A stretch of DNA of 64,000 bases from Prorocentrum cordatum (taxonomy: Eukaryota): contig CAUYUJ010000262.1 of assembly GCA_963575745.1 (NCBI GenBank), positions 1 to 64,000 on the forward strand, given 5' to 3'. A program made the position numbers and the translations under genes. Below, one piece after another: positions 27,015-38,697 of this stretch (positions are counted from its first letter, which is position 1; each line of letters begins with the position of its first letter). Below the pieces are notes generated by a model. It had not been told where the DNA came from and did not search any database. It saw nothing but the letters and a program-made list of their open reading frames with translations.

Positions 27015-27387
27015 GGACGATCGAAATGGGTGCGGAAAGACTGGGTATAAAGATCGACCCTAGAGATCCGACGCTCCGCAGAAATTGGAGCGCACGGTTT
27101 TTGGCCGTTGTCGGCCTCCTGGCGCCCTCTCCGGGACGAAAAGCCGGCCTTAGGGAAGTGGTCCAGACTTATGGGGCTCATGCATCGACAAAAGTGGAGC
27201 AGCAGGATGTCTGGGAAGACTGACTGCGTTTCCTATTCATTTTGAGCCGGGCTCCCTGACCACCTGCCTGCCCAACAGCGACCGCCGTCCGTTTTGGACG
27301 CCTGCCCAACAGCGACCGCCGTCCGTTTTGGACAACATCTGCTGTTGGGCATCCTGCCCAGTTTTTCCGTACCCATTTCGGGCGTCC
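27015..27387. mobile_element. TIR element (MITE-like), same TIR family as 48877-49085
   Basis: Left ggacgatcgaaatgggtgcggaaagactggg versus right cccagtttttccgtacccatttcgggcgtcc. Confidence 0.65.
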
Positions 27388-30184
27388 AAAACTCAGGAGG
27401 GGAAAAAACACACAGACACAATTTATTTTCGATTCCCCAGAAAATATAGGAAAATATGGGACTTGGGGGCAAGACAGAGCCCCAGAAAATACAGGAATCT
27501 ATGGGGAATATGTTTATCTGTGTGTACTTTTTTGTGTGTCCTTGGGCCCCTTCAAAAACAGCTGGCCTCGGCCTGCCGCTGGGCGCCTTCCTCGATGCGT
27601 TGGGGCCTTTTGCGCTTGGGGGGGAGGAGGGGACTTGAGAACCAGCTGAGCTGTTTGAGCCGCCTCGCTAACCCCCCCCACAGCTGCCCGAACAGCCGAC
27701 GATGTGGGATTCCCTTGGCATCGCTCGGACGTGTGCATTTTTCCTTCGGCGAGGACCATCGAGGAGCATCCTTGACCATTTGGCTAAAAAAACACGCACG
27801 GAACCGAAAAAAACACAGGGAATGGACGTCCGAGCGATGGCAGGTTCCCAGTGCGCGGCCCCGGAGATCCCGACCGCACATTTTCCGGGGCAGCCTGTCG
27901 TCCTGAGGAGGAGGAGGAGGAGGAGGAGGAGGAGGAGGAGGATGAGGAGGAGGAGGAGGAGGAGGAGTCATCCCGCCTCTCGGGGCCCTCGTGGGACGCT
28001 CTTGGGGCGCTCTTGGGCGATCTTAGGCCGTCTTGGGGCCCTCTTGTGGTCCTCTTGGGACTCTTAGTGCCCTCTTGGGGCCCCCTTGGGAGCCCCAGAT
28101 GGCCTCTCGAGGCCATCTTGGAGGCTATCGATCCAAGGAGGGGGAGTCCTCGACGTCAGTGTCCCCTTTGGGCCATCAACATCGCCTCTTGTGGCCCTCA
28201 CGGGGCGGACTTGGGCCGCTCGTGGGGCCGTCTGGAGGGCCTCTCGGGCCGCCCTTGGCCCCTCTTAGGCTTGCTTCTCTTGGGCCATATTGAGCCGTCT
28301 TGAGGCCTCAACAGCGCATCGGAAGCGAAAAGGCGAGAATGAAAAAGTCACTGATATTTCAAAGGTTTTTAAGGATTTGGGCCTCTTGGGGGGGGGGTCC
28401 TCAGGGCTCCGAGAGCACTTGGAACCGTCTTGTGGCCCTCGTCGGGCATCTTGGAGGGATGTCGGGAGCTACCTTGAACCATCGTCGGCCATCTTCAGCC
28501 ATTTGCGAGGCCGTCTTGGAGCATCGGAGGCCCTCTTGGAGCCATATTGGACGAAAAAGGACCCTCTAACACATCGCGGTCCGCCCCAAGAAACCTCATT
28601 GAGGGGAGGGGGAGGATACCCCACCCCAGAAAAGCAAAGGCCCTGGAAGAGGAAAGACAGAACTCACTAAACCACCTTACCCCAAACGCCTGGTGGGATT
28701 CATCGTCCAACCTGACCCTAGACATGCGATGCCCTGAGTTTTTGGAATACGGGGTCTGCAAAAGGCCCGACTCTTTGCCCCAGTGCCCTGGAGGCGGCCA
28801 AAAAATTGACCGATCTCATCTTGGGGCCTCCTGCGCAGGGATCCTTTTTGAAGGGGCTCTACGTTCGTGAAGGGCGTTGTTCTTGGCGGCCTTCAGCCCT
28901 GCCACAAGCCCAGACCTCCTCGCCCAGACGACGGGAGGCTGTTGTTGGCCGCGTTCCGCCCCCGGGGGCCCTCAGGAGCCCCAGGCCCCAGGACCGTCAA
29001 AGAACGATTCGGCATGAAAAGCCCGCCCCCTGGGAACTGGTGTGGAATCCTCATGGGGTCCACGTTGTGAAAGTCGGGGGCGGTCAAGAGGGGGTGATGA
29101 CCGGGGAGGAGCGGAAATCGTGGCCAGAGCCGGGAGATCTCCCCAGACTTCACGGCGCCTCCTCGGATTCCCGCACGCCCCGAGGCCCGACGGGGCAGAA
29201 GAGTGGAAGCATCGTGAAAAGTCACGCCCGCAGCCCTGGGCCGCATCCTTCTGCGCCTAATTTCTCGAGCTGGATCGGTCTGCGAGGGTCCCAGGGCCCG
29301 AAGCCTGGCGACAGCGCCCGGCTCGAGAAGAGAGTGGGGTGCCAGGGATCGCAGGACGTCCTCTGCCTCCCCTGGGCCGCGCACATACTCCTCCTCCTCC
29401 TCCTCCTCCTCCTCCTCCTCCTCCTCCTCCTCCTCCTCCTCCTCCTCCACCCCGCCCCCTCCCCCTCCCCCTCCCCCTCCCCCTCCTCCTCCGCCTCCTC
29501 CTCCTACTCCGGGCCACGACTTGCGAGCCATCCTCCTGGACTCGGCTAGACGCAAGAGTGACCTTTGGCCAGAGTGACCTTTGATGCGGGCCCAATGGTG
29601 CCCCCCAACCACCGAATACGATGCGGCAGTAACGTCTTGCGCGCTCGTGTTTGGTCCCCCCGCGGCCCCAAAAAGTCGCGCACCAAAGGTCAGTCTTACC
29701 CAGGGTCACTCGTGGACGCCCTGGAGAAAAACAAAAAACACGACGTCGGGGGCGCCGCGACGCGAGCGAGGGGCCTGGGGAGGGAGGCGTAAGGGAGGGG
29801 GAGGGGGGGAAGGGAGGCGGAAGGGAGGGCGAAGGGAAGGAGGGAGGGAAGAAGGCAGAGAGGGAGGGAGGAAGGGAAGGAAGGGAGGGAGGGAGAGAGG
29901 GCGAAGGGAGGAAGGGAGGGCGAAGGGAGGGAGGGCGATGGAGGCGGCGGAGACCCTGAGACCCCATCACTTGCGATGAGACCCATCACTTGCGAGCCTT
30001 CCTTCTGGACGCCCCCCTCTTTGGACGCCCCCAAAAGAGGCGTCACGACGGCGGGGGCGTCGCCACGCGAGCCAGAGGCTTGTGGCCTTCGACTCCCCGC
30101 GAAAGAGAGAGGGTGGGGGAGAAGGAGGCGTAGGGGAGGGAGGGAAGGAGGGAGGGAGGGAAGAGGACGGGGGCGATGGATCGC

Positions 30185-30371
30185 CATGGGGCAAAGCATG
30201 TCCTGAGGGAAACGGGTCCCGAGGTTTTTCGCTGTTCTCGGGCCCTCGGGGTCCTCCACGGGCCCCAGGGGACTGTCGGAAAGCGACTCGATCGGGATGC
30301 AGATCTCTCGTCGTGGAGAAAGGCCCCCTGGGATCGGGGACCCGTTGCCCTCAGGACATGCTGCACCCATG
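30185..30371. mobile_element. Small inverted-repeat element (about 35-bp TIRs)
   Basis: catggggcaaagcatgtcctgagggaaacgggtccc (30185-30220) versus gggacccgttgccctcaggacatgctgcacccatg (30337-30371). Confidence 0.65.
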
Positions 30372-30836
30372 CTGAGATGGAGGCGGCGGAGACGGCGGGC
30401 AGGAGCATGATGGAGGAGGGAACGCGCCTGCCCCCCAGGGCAGGCGCGTCCGACCAGACCCCGCAGAGCACGGCACCGCGGTCGCGCAAGTGTCGCAGGC
30501 CTAGAGGTTGGCACCAACACCAATTTCGGCGGTGTGCCTCCACCGAGGGAAGAAGATCCCGATCTCGGCGATGGTGGTAATACTTTGGCTTCCAAGGTGG
30601 CCGAATCCTGAACACCAACACCGAAGTCGAGGATCATCTTCCCCCAGTGAAGGCAGCCCCCTTGTGTTGGTGATGGTGCCCACTTCCAGGCCTCCAGAAG
30701 TGGTCGCGGCCCCGAAGGGGCCGCGCCCCGTCGCGGGCAGCCGCGCCAGGGCGGCTGTGCGGGCGGCCCGGGCCGGAGCTGCGGGCGCCGTGCGGGGGCC
30801 AGCAAAGAAAAGGAATGGGAAGGCGACGACGGCGAC

Positions 30837-30870
<34 letters not shown>

Positions 30871-30947
30871 GCGACGGCGAGGGCGACGACGGCGACGGCG
30901 ACGGCGACGACGTCAAAAGGGACCGAGAAGGACGGGGAAAGGGAGGA

Positions 30948-30980
<33 letters not shown>

Positions 30981-31069
30981 CGACGACGATTTCAACAAAG
31001 GGAAAGGAAGACAGGAAGTAAGAGGAGGAGGAGGAGAGCGAGGAGGAGGAATAGGATGGGGATGATTTC

Positions 31070-32778
31070 GATCTTGCTATGACCTCCAAGTCTTTGAGCA
31101 TGCTGTAACCATTTGGCTCAAGTACTCATGACCATCTAAAGCTGGCGAGCTTTCAGCTTCGACTGTGCATTCATGCTTGTCGGTGAGAAAACATATTGCC
31201 ACGCGTACCAGCATCCTTCTAGACGGTTTGCATGGTAGCGGAGCGAGATCCTGGCGAGACCCGCTCAGCAATTATCGGCCGCACGGCAAGAATGGTCAGA
31301 TTTTGTTCCAGGAAATGTTGGAACACAGCCTGGCAGCAGGTCAAGGAGGTGACTATGGTTATGTGAAAGCAGCCCCCCACGCAAACCATGATGGAGCCAG
31401 ACAGAAGTGAGCAGGCACTAGCCAGTAATAGTGAGATGCCAAATTAACACACCTCCACCCTCACGCAGAGACCTGGTAAAACAAACGCGGCGCGACTTAG
31501 CATCATGAACCTTGGACAAAAGCACGAGGCGGAGGCCATTGCAGTCAGAAGCAGACAGAGTTATTGAACTGGAATATATAATTGAGGCACAGTCAAACAC
31601 TGACGACCTGCTCACAAATGCGAACGGCACAGTCAACCCAAACCGCGGACGCAATAGTCAAAGGGCGATCAGCAAATCGGAAGCAACCCACGTAGTAACG
31701 AATTTCATTGGTGGCCGATCAAAGTTTCGAGTGGAACGATCGATTTCGAGGTGCACCAGCTCAGGTAAACGACTGCAGCCGCAAAGCGCTCCAAAACGCG
31801 CAAATTCAAGTTTGATACCACGGGCGGAGATTTACCCGATCCAAGTGAGCATCAACGAGCATCACGCCGACATCGACGTCAAGGACCGTTTCCCCTCCTT
31901 CTTTCCCCCCTCTCCCACGCACACTTCTTGCGTCGGCGGCTGGGCAGAGGGCGACTGCTCCAGCGGAGAGAGAACAGGGGATGCGCTGTACGCAAACTGG
32001 GCCCACAACTCTCCCTCCCACAGAGACACGCACAAGCATGCCGAGCTCCGCGCCGACACCGACCCCAAGGACCTCTCCCCCCTCCCTCCTCTATTCGCTT
32101 CTTGGGCATATCGCATTGCATGTTGTTCAGACACACCAGATTCCTGAGGTCACGGCCTCGACCACCTGGTTTCAGGTAGGCCCTGACGGCGTCCGCAGTG
32201 GTGGTCGTACCGTATCGTAGCGCACTATATCGTAAGTGCGGAAATTGGCAATGTCAGGGTGTTCGACGGGAAGCCGCATGCCGCTGCATATACCAAAGCA
32301 CCGCGAGACCGCCATTTACAACATGACAGCAATGATGATTCAGACAAGCTTGACGAGGATTTGTGGAATATCTTTGTTCGTGAAACTTGAAGGGAGAGAT
32401 GCATTGGGCAAGCTGCATGGGCCACATAGAGGCGGAAGGCTCCTAGCGCGCATGTACACATGGCAGTCGGCCACGTCGGGCGCAACATTGTCAACCAAGC
32501 TGGGTCGGTCGGTGAAGCCCGGGAAGCCCAAGGAGGTAAGTGACATTTCACCGAAACTCCAGTAGCGGCGCGCTGTGGTGGACAAGCTTGCAAAATATGG
32601 AACTTCATGTGCGTTACCGCTGCCATTCAGAATGGGGGGGGTCGCGTCGTAATTCAACCCACGCCTGACATGCGCACGTAACCTTCTCACTCAGTCACAT
32701 CATGGGAAGTCGTTATTTAAGCTAGTTGCGCTGCTGCTCGTGAAAACTTCGACTTGGGCCATCAGCTCAACGGCGCGA
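31070..32778 (-). pseudogene. Degraded coding-like sequence of unknown family, interrupted by the YR retrotransposon; continues at 38979-39125
   Basis: Non-repetitive and lower in GC than its surroundings. Minus-strand peptide fragments with stops, e.g. YFASLSTTARRYWSFGEMSLTSLGFPGF...SLPNASLPSSFTNKDIPQILVKLV. The frame rejoins across the insertion. Confidence 0.35.
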
Positions 32779-32846
32779 ATTAAGCTCTGCAGGAGGCGTT
32801 TGTGGCTTGCGTGCGTGATCCGCCGCCGTTCTCCTCGCTCAAGTCT
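32779..32846 (+). repeat. Split direct repeat A1
   Basis: attaagctctgcaggaggcg...ctcgctcaagtct, 67/68 identical to A2 (38786-38853). Confidence 0.95.
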
Positions 32847-32854
32847 CTCAGGGG

Positions 32855-33265
32855 GTGCAAGCGATTCTCGCCGAGGCATTCCCCGACCTCGTCCGCTCCC
32901 TTCAGGCTGCAGTGATAGTCCGCGCTGCTGCCGATCCCTGCCCAGCCTGCGCGTGCAAGCCGACGCGCGCGTGTCCACCCCTCACTTGCTCCTGTCCGTC
33001 GGGCGAGGGGCACCTGTCGGCGGCGCCTGACCCGTCGGCCTCGAGCTGGTGCTGGGCCTTTGGGTTCCTGCAGGGCTTCGTGGCGGGCGTCTCGGTCGCG
33101 GGTTTCTTCATCGCCCGCGAGCTCAGCCGCGGGAGGACGGCCCCCGCTCCGCCGCCGCGCGCCAGCGCGCAGGCGGACCCCCCCGCGTCGGCGGCGTCGG
33201 AGTTCGAGCATGCGGCGGCGGAGCAGGCGCAGCTGGCTCGGCGCAAGGCGCCGACGGGCCGCTGA
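32855..33265 (+). CDS. ORF0: small Cys-rich protein with a predicted single transmembrane helix
   Basis: CPACACKPTRACPPLTCSCP is followed by hydrophobic WCWAFGFLQGFVAGVSVAGFFIA. The stop lies 4 nt before the gag ATG. The start is uncertain (GTG). Confidence 0.5.
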   Translation: MQAILAEAFPDLVRSLQAAVIVRAAADPCPACACKPTRACPPLTCSCPSGEGHLSAAPDPSASSWCWAFGFLQGFVAGVSVAGFFIARELSRGRTAPAPPPRASAQADPPASAASEFEHAAAEQAQLARRKAPTGR

Positions 33266-33269
33266 GCCG

Positions 33270-34433
33270 ATGGCGCTCCCCCCTGGCAGTTTCTACGCAG
33301 CGCGGTTCAATGTCCCTGGCCGTGAGATCCGGCACGAGCGTTTGGTCATCCTGGGAGCGCGCATCATGACCCCCGACCTCGACGTGCACCCCGAGAACCA
33401 GTTCCTCTCGAGGGACGTCAAGGGCATCAGGCCTCTCGACGGACAGGGAGCCGTCGTGGTCGACGGGGCGGGCGCAGGCAGCGCGCACCGCTTCAGGAGG
33501 TTGCCCACGGCGCAGGAGGCGCGGGATGCTGCGCGCGAGGCGGTCGCGGGCGGTGCTGGTGTTCTTCCTCGGGAAGACTTCGGCGTGCACCTCGGCGAGG
33601 GGAACGTGCTCGGGATGGCCCCTGGGCTCATCTTCCTCCGCGACCCCCAGGCAGCGGCCTCGCCGCCTGCGGGTGGCCCCCTGGTGTCCGCTGCGGCGCC
33701 CGCGCCCGGAGGAGGGCCTCTTCCGCTCGGGCCGCCCGACCCCCTCGGCGACGCGCTGGCCTCTGCCCTCAGGCCTGACGGGCCCCCTGCTGCTCCCGTT
33801 GGCGGCCCGGCCACGCCCCCCGCGCCCGAGGGCCCTGGCGGCGACCCGCGGGTCCTCGTCAGCCAGAGGGACACGCGCGGCCGCCGCGATCGCTCGTTCG
33901 GGGACGCGCTCAAGAAGCAGACTGAGCTCGAGCGCGAGGACTGGCCCGCCCTGGGCCCGCGGACCCTGCTCTGGGTCCTCTCGTTCATGCTCGGGATGGC
34001 GGGGGGGGCCGTGGCGTGGCACACGCGCTGGCTCGCAGTGATGGGCATCGCCGAGAGCGAGGAGGCGGCGAAGCAGCACGAGACGATTTGCCGCATCCTC
34101 GAGACGTCGATGGTGTACGATCAGTTGGTGATCACGGAGCTCGCAAGCTTCGAGTACCTCGCGCGGCAGCTGCAGCTCATCGAGGAGAGGGTCTTCGAGG
34201 AGAAGGCGCGGAAGACGGCTGCCGCGCTGAAGGGTCAGGGCAAGAAGGAGGCGCCTGCCCGGGACTCTCTGTCCACCGAGGTCGGCCACTTCCTCGGGAT
34301 CGGAGAGACGAAAGGCAACCTCTGCATCTGCCCAGCGCTGATGTAGTTCATTGCCGAGCAGATGCGCAACGAGGCCGCGGCATCCAAAGAACGACGCAAG
34401 GCCCGCGAGGAGCGGGCCTTACGGGCGCCATGA
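33270..34433 (+). pseudogene. gag-like ORF1 of the YR retrotransposon (one in-frame TAG at 34344-34346)
   Basis: ATG at 33270, reading MALPPGSFY...RHERLVIL, WPALGPRTLLWVLSFM, YDQLVITELASFEYLARQLQLIEE and LCICPALM*FIAEQMRNEAAASKERRKAREER. Located upstream of RT. Confidence 0.8.
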
Positions 34434-36720
34434 CGCCCCCTGGAGACACGAGCTGGGCGGGGCCAGCCCCAGGGCTGCTCAGCTCGCCGAGCCCCAGGCC
34501 CCCAGGGCCACCACCTGGCCCGGGCCCGCCGCAGGCCCCTCGCCAGCGACAGCGGGATGCTCTGCCGCTACCTCTGCTGGACGTCGACGCGCGGCTGCAC
34601 TCCGTGGCAGGGCGTCGGCCTCGTCAGCGCTCCGGCCGCGGTGCTGCCTGGCGGCGGTGGTGCAACGAGGGTATCGAGGCTCTCAACTGGCTCCACGGCC
34701 GCGCTGCGGGGCTTCCTCTCGCTCACGGGTCAGCGGATCACTCCTTGGCACAGCACGTCGCTGTCGAGGAGCTTTAGGAGCATTACCGCAGTTTTGAGTT
34801 GCCAGCTGGCTACAGTGAGCAACGACAGTTTAGTGAAGCATCCCTCGCAGAGGTGCTCGCAACGACCCCTGGCTACCGGAACAGCGCACGGGTCAGACCC
34901 TACGGCAAGGCCCTCGTGGCCTGGCCTGCTCTGTCGGGGCCGCCCCTGGAGGTCGAGTCCGTCGCGCAGCAGGCCGATGCCGTCCAGTTGCAGGGTTGGA
35001 GGCAGAGTGTGCTGAGATCCGAAGTCGAGGTCGCGGAGCTCCAGGTGTCGCTAGGCGTCCAGCAACCCTATGTTGACCCGCGGTTTCGCGATCCTCGGAA
35101 GTATGCTGAGTTTTAAACACGATGTTGCAGCACCACATGATCGAGTGGACTGTGGCGTCCTCTACTTATCCTTCTTACTCCGTTGGGATTTTCTTTGTCG
35201 AGAAGTCGGGCGGGAAGCAGCGTATAGTATTCGACACGAGGGTGGCGAACACATACTTCAAGTCTCCTCCTAGCACGGTGCTGCCGACGCCATCGGCCTG
35301 GGCTTCTCTCGAGTCGTCAGATGACTTCTACGTGGCCCAAGTCGACATCCAGTGCGCTTTTTACCACATGGCGGTCCTCAGCGACGTGGGGGCATCTTCC
35401 GCTTGCCCTCCATCTCGAACCGCTTCGTGGGCTTGACGAGGGTCGGCACCCAGCTCGTGCGCTCGCACACCGTCCTGCAGCCCGTCGTGCGAGTGATGCC
35501 GATGGGCTGGAACTGGGCGCTCTACTTCTGTCAGTCCGCGCTGGTCCGCGGCATGATCGATGTAGGCGTCCAGCCGAGCCGCCACCTGGCCGATGGCTCT
35601 GCTCCCGAGCCGCCCGTCGGCAAGAGGTACCTGGTGGCCGCGGGGTACGTTGACAATTTCTGCGTCGTGTCCCACACGGCCTCGGTAGCGACCTCGAAGG
35701 CCCGCGAGCTCGCGGACCTGCTGACTTCGAGAGGTCTACCCCTTCACGACTTCACCGAAGCCCAGCTGGAGGGCGTTTCCACTGGCATCCAGTTCTCGGG
35801 CAAGGGTAGGCTGCGGGTGCGACCCGACCGCCTGGCCAGGCTGCGGCAGGCGACCCTTGCCATTCTGTCGCGCGGCTCGGCGTCGCGAGGAGCCATGACC
35901 TCAATAGTGGGTCACGCCACCTGGGCCATGATCATGCAGATAGAGTGCCTGTCGATATTCAACGGTGTTTATCGGTTTATTCAAGTTGCAGGTCCCACTC
36001 CCATGAAGCTTTGGCCATCGGTCCGACAGGAACTCTCAGCCGTGGCCGCACTGTTGCCGATGATGTGGGCGTCGTCTCGCGTCCCGTGGCTAGGCAGCGT
36101 CTACGCATCAGATGCCTCGCCGCACGGGAAGGGAGTGTCTTGAAAAAGCTGGACCCCCACATTGTCGCGTCCACGGGCAGGTTTGCTGAGAAGTGGAGGC
36201 ACAAGCTTTCGGAGGCCATCTCTGCCAGAGCCCATGCGTTCGGAGGAGGAGGAGGAGATGAATCGGGTCATCAAGATGCTGCTGCTGGTTGCGCGCTGCC
36301 ATCGGCTGCGCTGCTCGGGGAGGGGGACATCGCCACCATCTCGGACTGCGTCGAGGTGCCGTCGGTGCTTTACGATTTGGACGAGTGGGTCATCAGTCAT
36401 TCCAGTCGTCATCGCCGTATGGGTCTCAACATCCTGGAGTATGAGGGGGGGGCGCTGTGTTTTGCTATCCGTCACGCAGCTCGGAAGACTGGCAACCATG
36501 GGCGCCGCATCCTGTTTCTCGTCGACAATTTGGCCATGGCTCTTAGTTGCGGCAAGGGCCGCACTGGCTCTCAGCAGCTGCGACACCTCCTTCGACGGAT
36601 TGCCGCTCTCAGCCTCACCACTGGTATCCGAGTTGTCCTGCGATGGATTCCGAGTGAGCGGAACGTTGCCGATGGCCCCTCCAGGTCGGGCTTCTTCCTG
36701 GGGCCGTGGAAGGACTTCGA
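34430..36720 (+). pseudogene. pol: reverse transcriptase + RNase H (stop at 34775; frameshifts near 35115, 35390, 36135)
   Basis: RT motifs GIFFVEKSGGKQRIVFD, VDIQCAFYHM, MPMGWNWA (about 35496) and YVDN (35646). RNase H motifs YASDAS..GKGV (36108), NILEYEG, LVDN and RWIPSERNVADGPSR. The 3' end is approximate. Confidence 0.93.
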
Positions 36721-37857
36721 AGACGAAGCAGGCGAGGAGACCCTCGAGCGCCGACCTGCGTCTCGATGTGCAGCGGACGCTCCCTCACGCTGGCTTCCTG
36801 CAGCTGCTGAACGGCGAGACCTCGTTCCTCGAGAACGCCGCGGTGACTCAGCGGACGTTGGACTCGCACCGCGCTCACGCCGTGCGCTTCCACCAGTTGT
36901 GCTCGTGGACGGCTCAGTCGTTCGGGAGCGCCGCCGAGCTGGACGCCCTGCTGCTGGTTTTCTTCGGGAACCTTTGCCTGGACGGCTTCGACACGGCGAC
37001 GGGGCGCATGACGATGGCGGCCCTGCGCCATCTGCCACCACACCTGTTGCCGGGCCCCGCCCCTTGCCGCGGGCCACGCGAGCTCTCAAGGGCTGGGGGC
37101 GCCTGGTACCCCCTCAGATGCGTCTTCCCCTGCCGCGGCTGGCGATGTTGGCGGCGGTGGGACTACTCACCATGGAGAAGAGGTTTGGAGAGGCCGTCTT
37201 CGTGAGGCTGGCTTTCAACACCTACCTCGGGCCCAGCGAGGCCTATCGCCTGGTGGCAGGCAGTCTGGTGGGGCCGCGGGCGGGGTCGACGGACGGCTAC
37301 CAGCACTGGGTGATGATCGTCAACGATGCGACGACGGGCGGCCCTGGCAAGACGGGGGTGACCGACGAGAGCGTGATCGTCGACAACGCCTGTCTGCGGC
37401 CGCTCCTCCAGGGCTTGAAGCGGCACCGCGCGGCGAGCGATCCGCTCTGGTGCTTCCCACCGTCGGCGATCCGCCAGGCCTTCCGCGAGTCGCTGATCAG
37501 GCTCGGCATATGGGACGGCGTCTCGACCCTCTACACGCCGAGGCATGGGGGGGCGTCCGACGACCTCCTGTCGTGCCGCCGTTCCAGGAAGGGGTGAAGG
37601 ATCGCGGGAGGTGGGCCACCGACGCCTTGCTCAGGCGCTACGCCAACCGGTCCCGCATGCAGCAGCTCATCGCCGCCCTCCCGAAGCACGTCGCGGCGCT
37701 GGGCAGCGCGGTCGACGGGCGGGAGGCCGAGCTCATCTCGACGATGGCGGCGACTGGCGTTTGCCCGCTGCCGCCCCTGCCGCCACACCGACGGGCGCCG
37801 CCGAAGGTCAAGCGGACCTGCCCGCCCCAGCTGAGTCGCAGGTGGCTCTTCGGCTGA
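36672..37857 (+). pseudogene. Tyrosine recombinase (frameshifts near 37060 and 37580; catalytic Arg changed to Gly)
   Basis: The ATG at 36672 overlaps the RNase H end. Motifs are RALKGW...RLPLP, TYLGPSE (from YLRPSE; GGG at 37229), GKTG, YTPRHGGAS (37532), RGRW (37604) and RRY (37633). Confidence 0.92.
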
Positions 37858-38639
37858 CTAGACTGTTCAGGCGTGCCACTCGCCACAGCCAGGCTGCGCC
37901 TCGTTTCATTTTCTTGTTGTGTGGCTCGCACCTCGAGCGTATCGATAAGGCTTGTCGCCAGCAGGGTCTAGGTTGCGTTGTTCTGGGCCCGAGTCGGTGC
38001 CCTACCGACAACCTGGGCATGCCTGGGGCGCCCCTCGTCGTCCACGGTTGGATTCGCGGCCCCTGTGTTGCGGGGTCCTGGTTTCGGCCTGGTCTCCCGT
38101 CCTGGTCCGTGTGCGCCAGGCCCCCAGCCAGGTCGTCGGCTCGGCCCCTCGGGCTCGCCCATCTCAGTTCGATTGTACAGGCTCAGGTCAATGTCGCTAA
38201 TACTGATACTCACAAATTGTTGCAGACGCTTAGAGTGTGCGTCCACTGTAACGTTCCTGCCATTCTCGAGCATCCTGCTAGCAGCGCGCTGTGGCACCAT
38301 CCTCTCGTTCTGCACCTCCTTCGGTACGAATCGTCCGAGGCTGTCTACGATGCGTGTATGTTCGAAGGCCGCGTTCACCGCACCTGGCGCATCGCAGGCT
38401 GGCACGTGAGTGGCTTGCACAAACTCTCTGTTCGATGTGAATGCTCGCGTGCTAGATGTGACAGATCTCGCAAGTTTCATATTGGCTCTCTCGGACTTAT
38501 TCAACTTGACGCGGCCCAAAGGGCCCAAGCTCGAAATACTCCCAAGCATGTTGCGGTTGAAGGTGTGCACGCCGCGCTCGAGAGCGCCCGTCGTTTAGCC
38601 TCGGTCGCGAGGATCTGTAAAGCTATCACGTCTTGTTGA
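37840..38639 (+). CDS. C5 cytosine DNA methyltransferase-like domain with degenerate catalytic motifs, probably the C-terminus of a YR fusion
   Basis: Uninterrupted frame with DNMT-like motif order: FIFLLCGS (motif I-like, 37905), D-N-L, WFRPGLPSWS..AR (in place of PPCxxxS, 38079), ILEHPASSALW (ENP, 38268), YDACMFEG, then a Cys/His cluster and QARNTP. Recognised by eye, not by HMM. Confidence 0.7.
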
Positions 38640-38697
38640 ATGGGTTTTGTTTTGGGGGGCGGCCTCTCGGCCAGTTCACCTAGCTAGCATGTGTGGT

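Noticed and set aside
33123..34289. 388-aa antisense ORF
   Set aside because: Shadow of the GC3-rich gag frame.
35945..37597. 550-aa ORF as a natural RNase H-recombinase fusion
   Set aside because: The YR N-terminal part lies in another frame (36672 to about 37060). The apparent fusion results from a frameshift.
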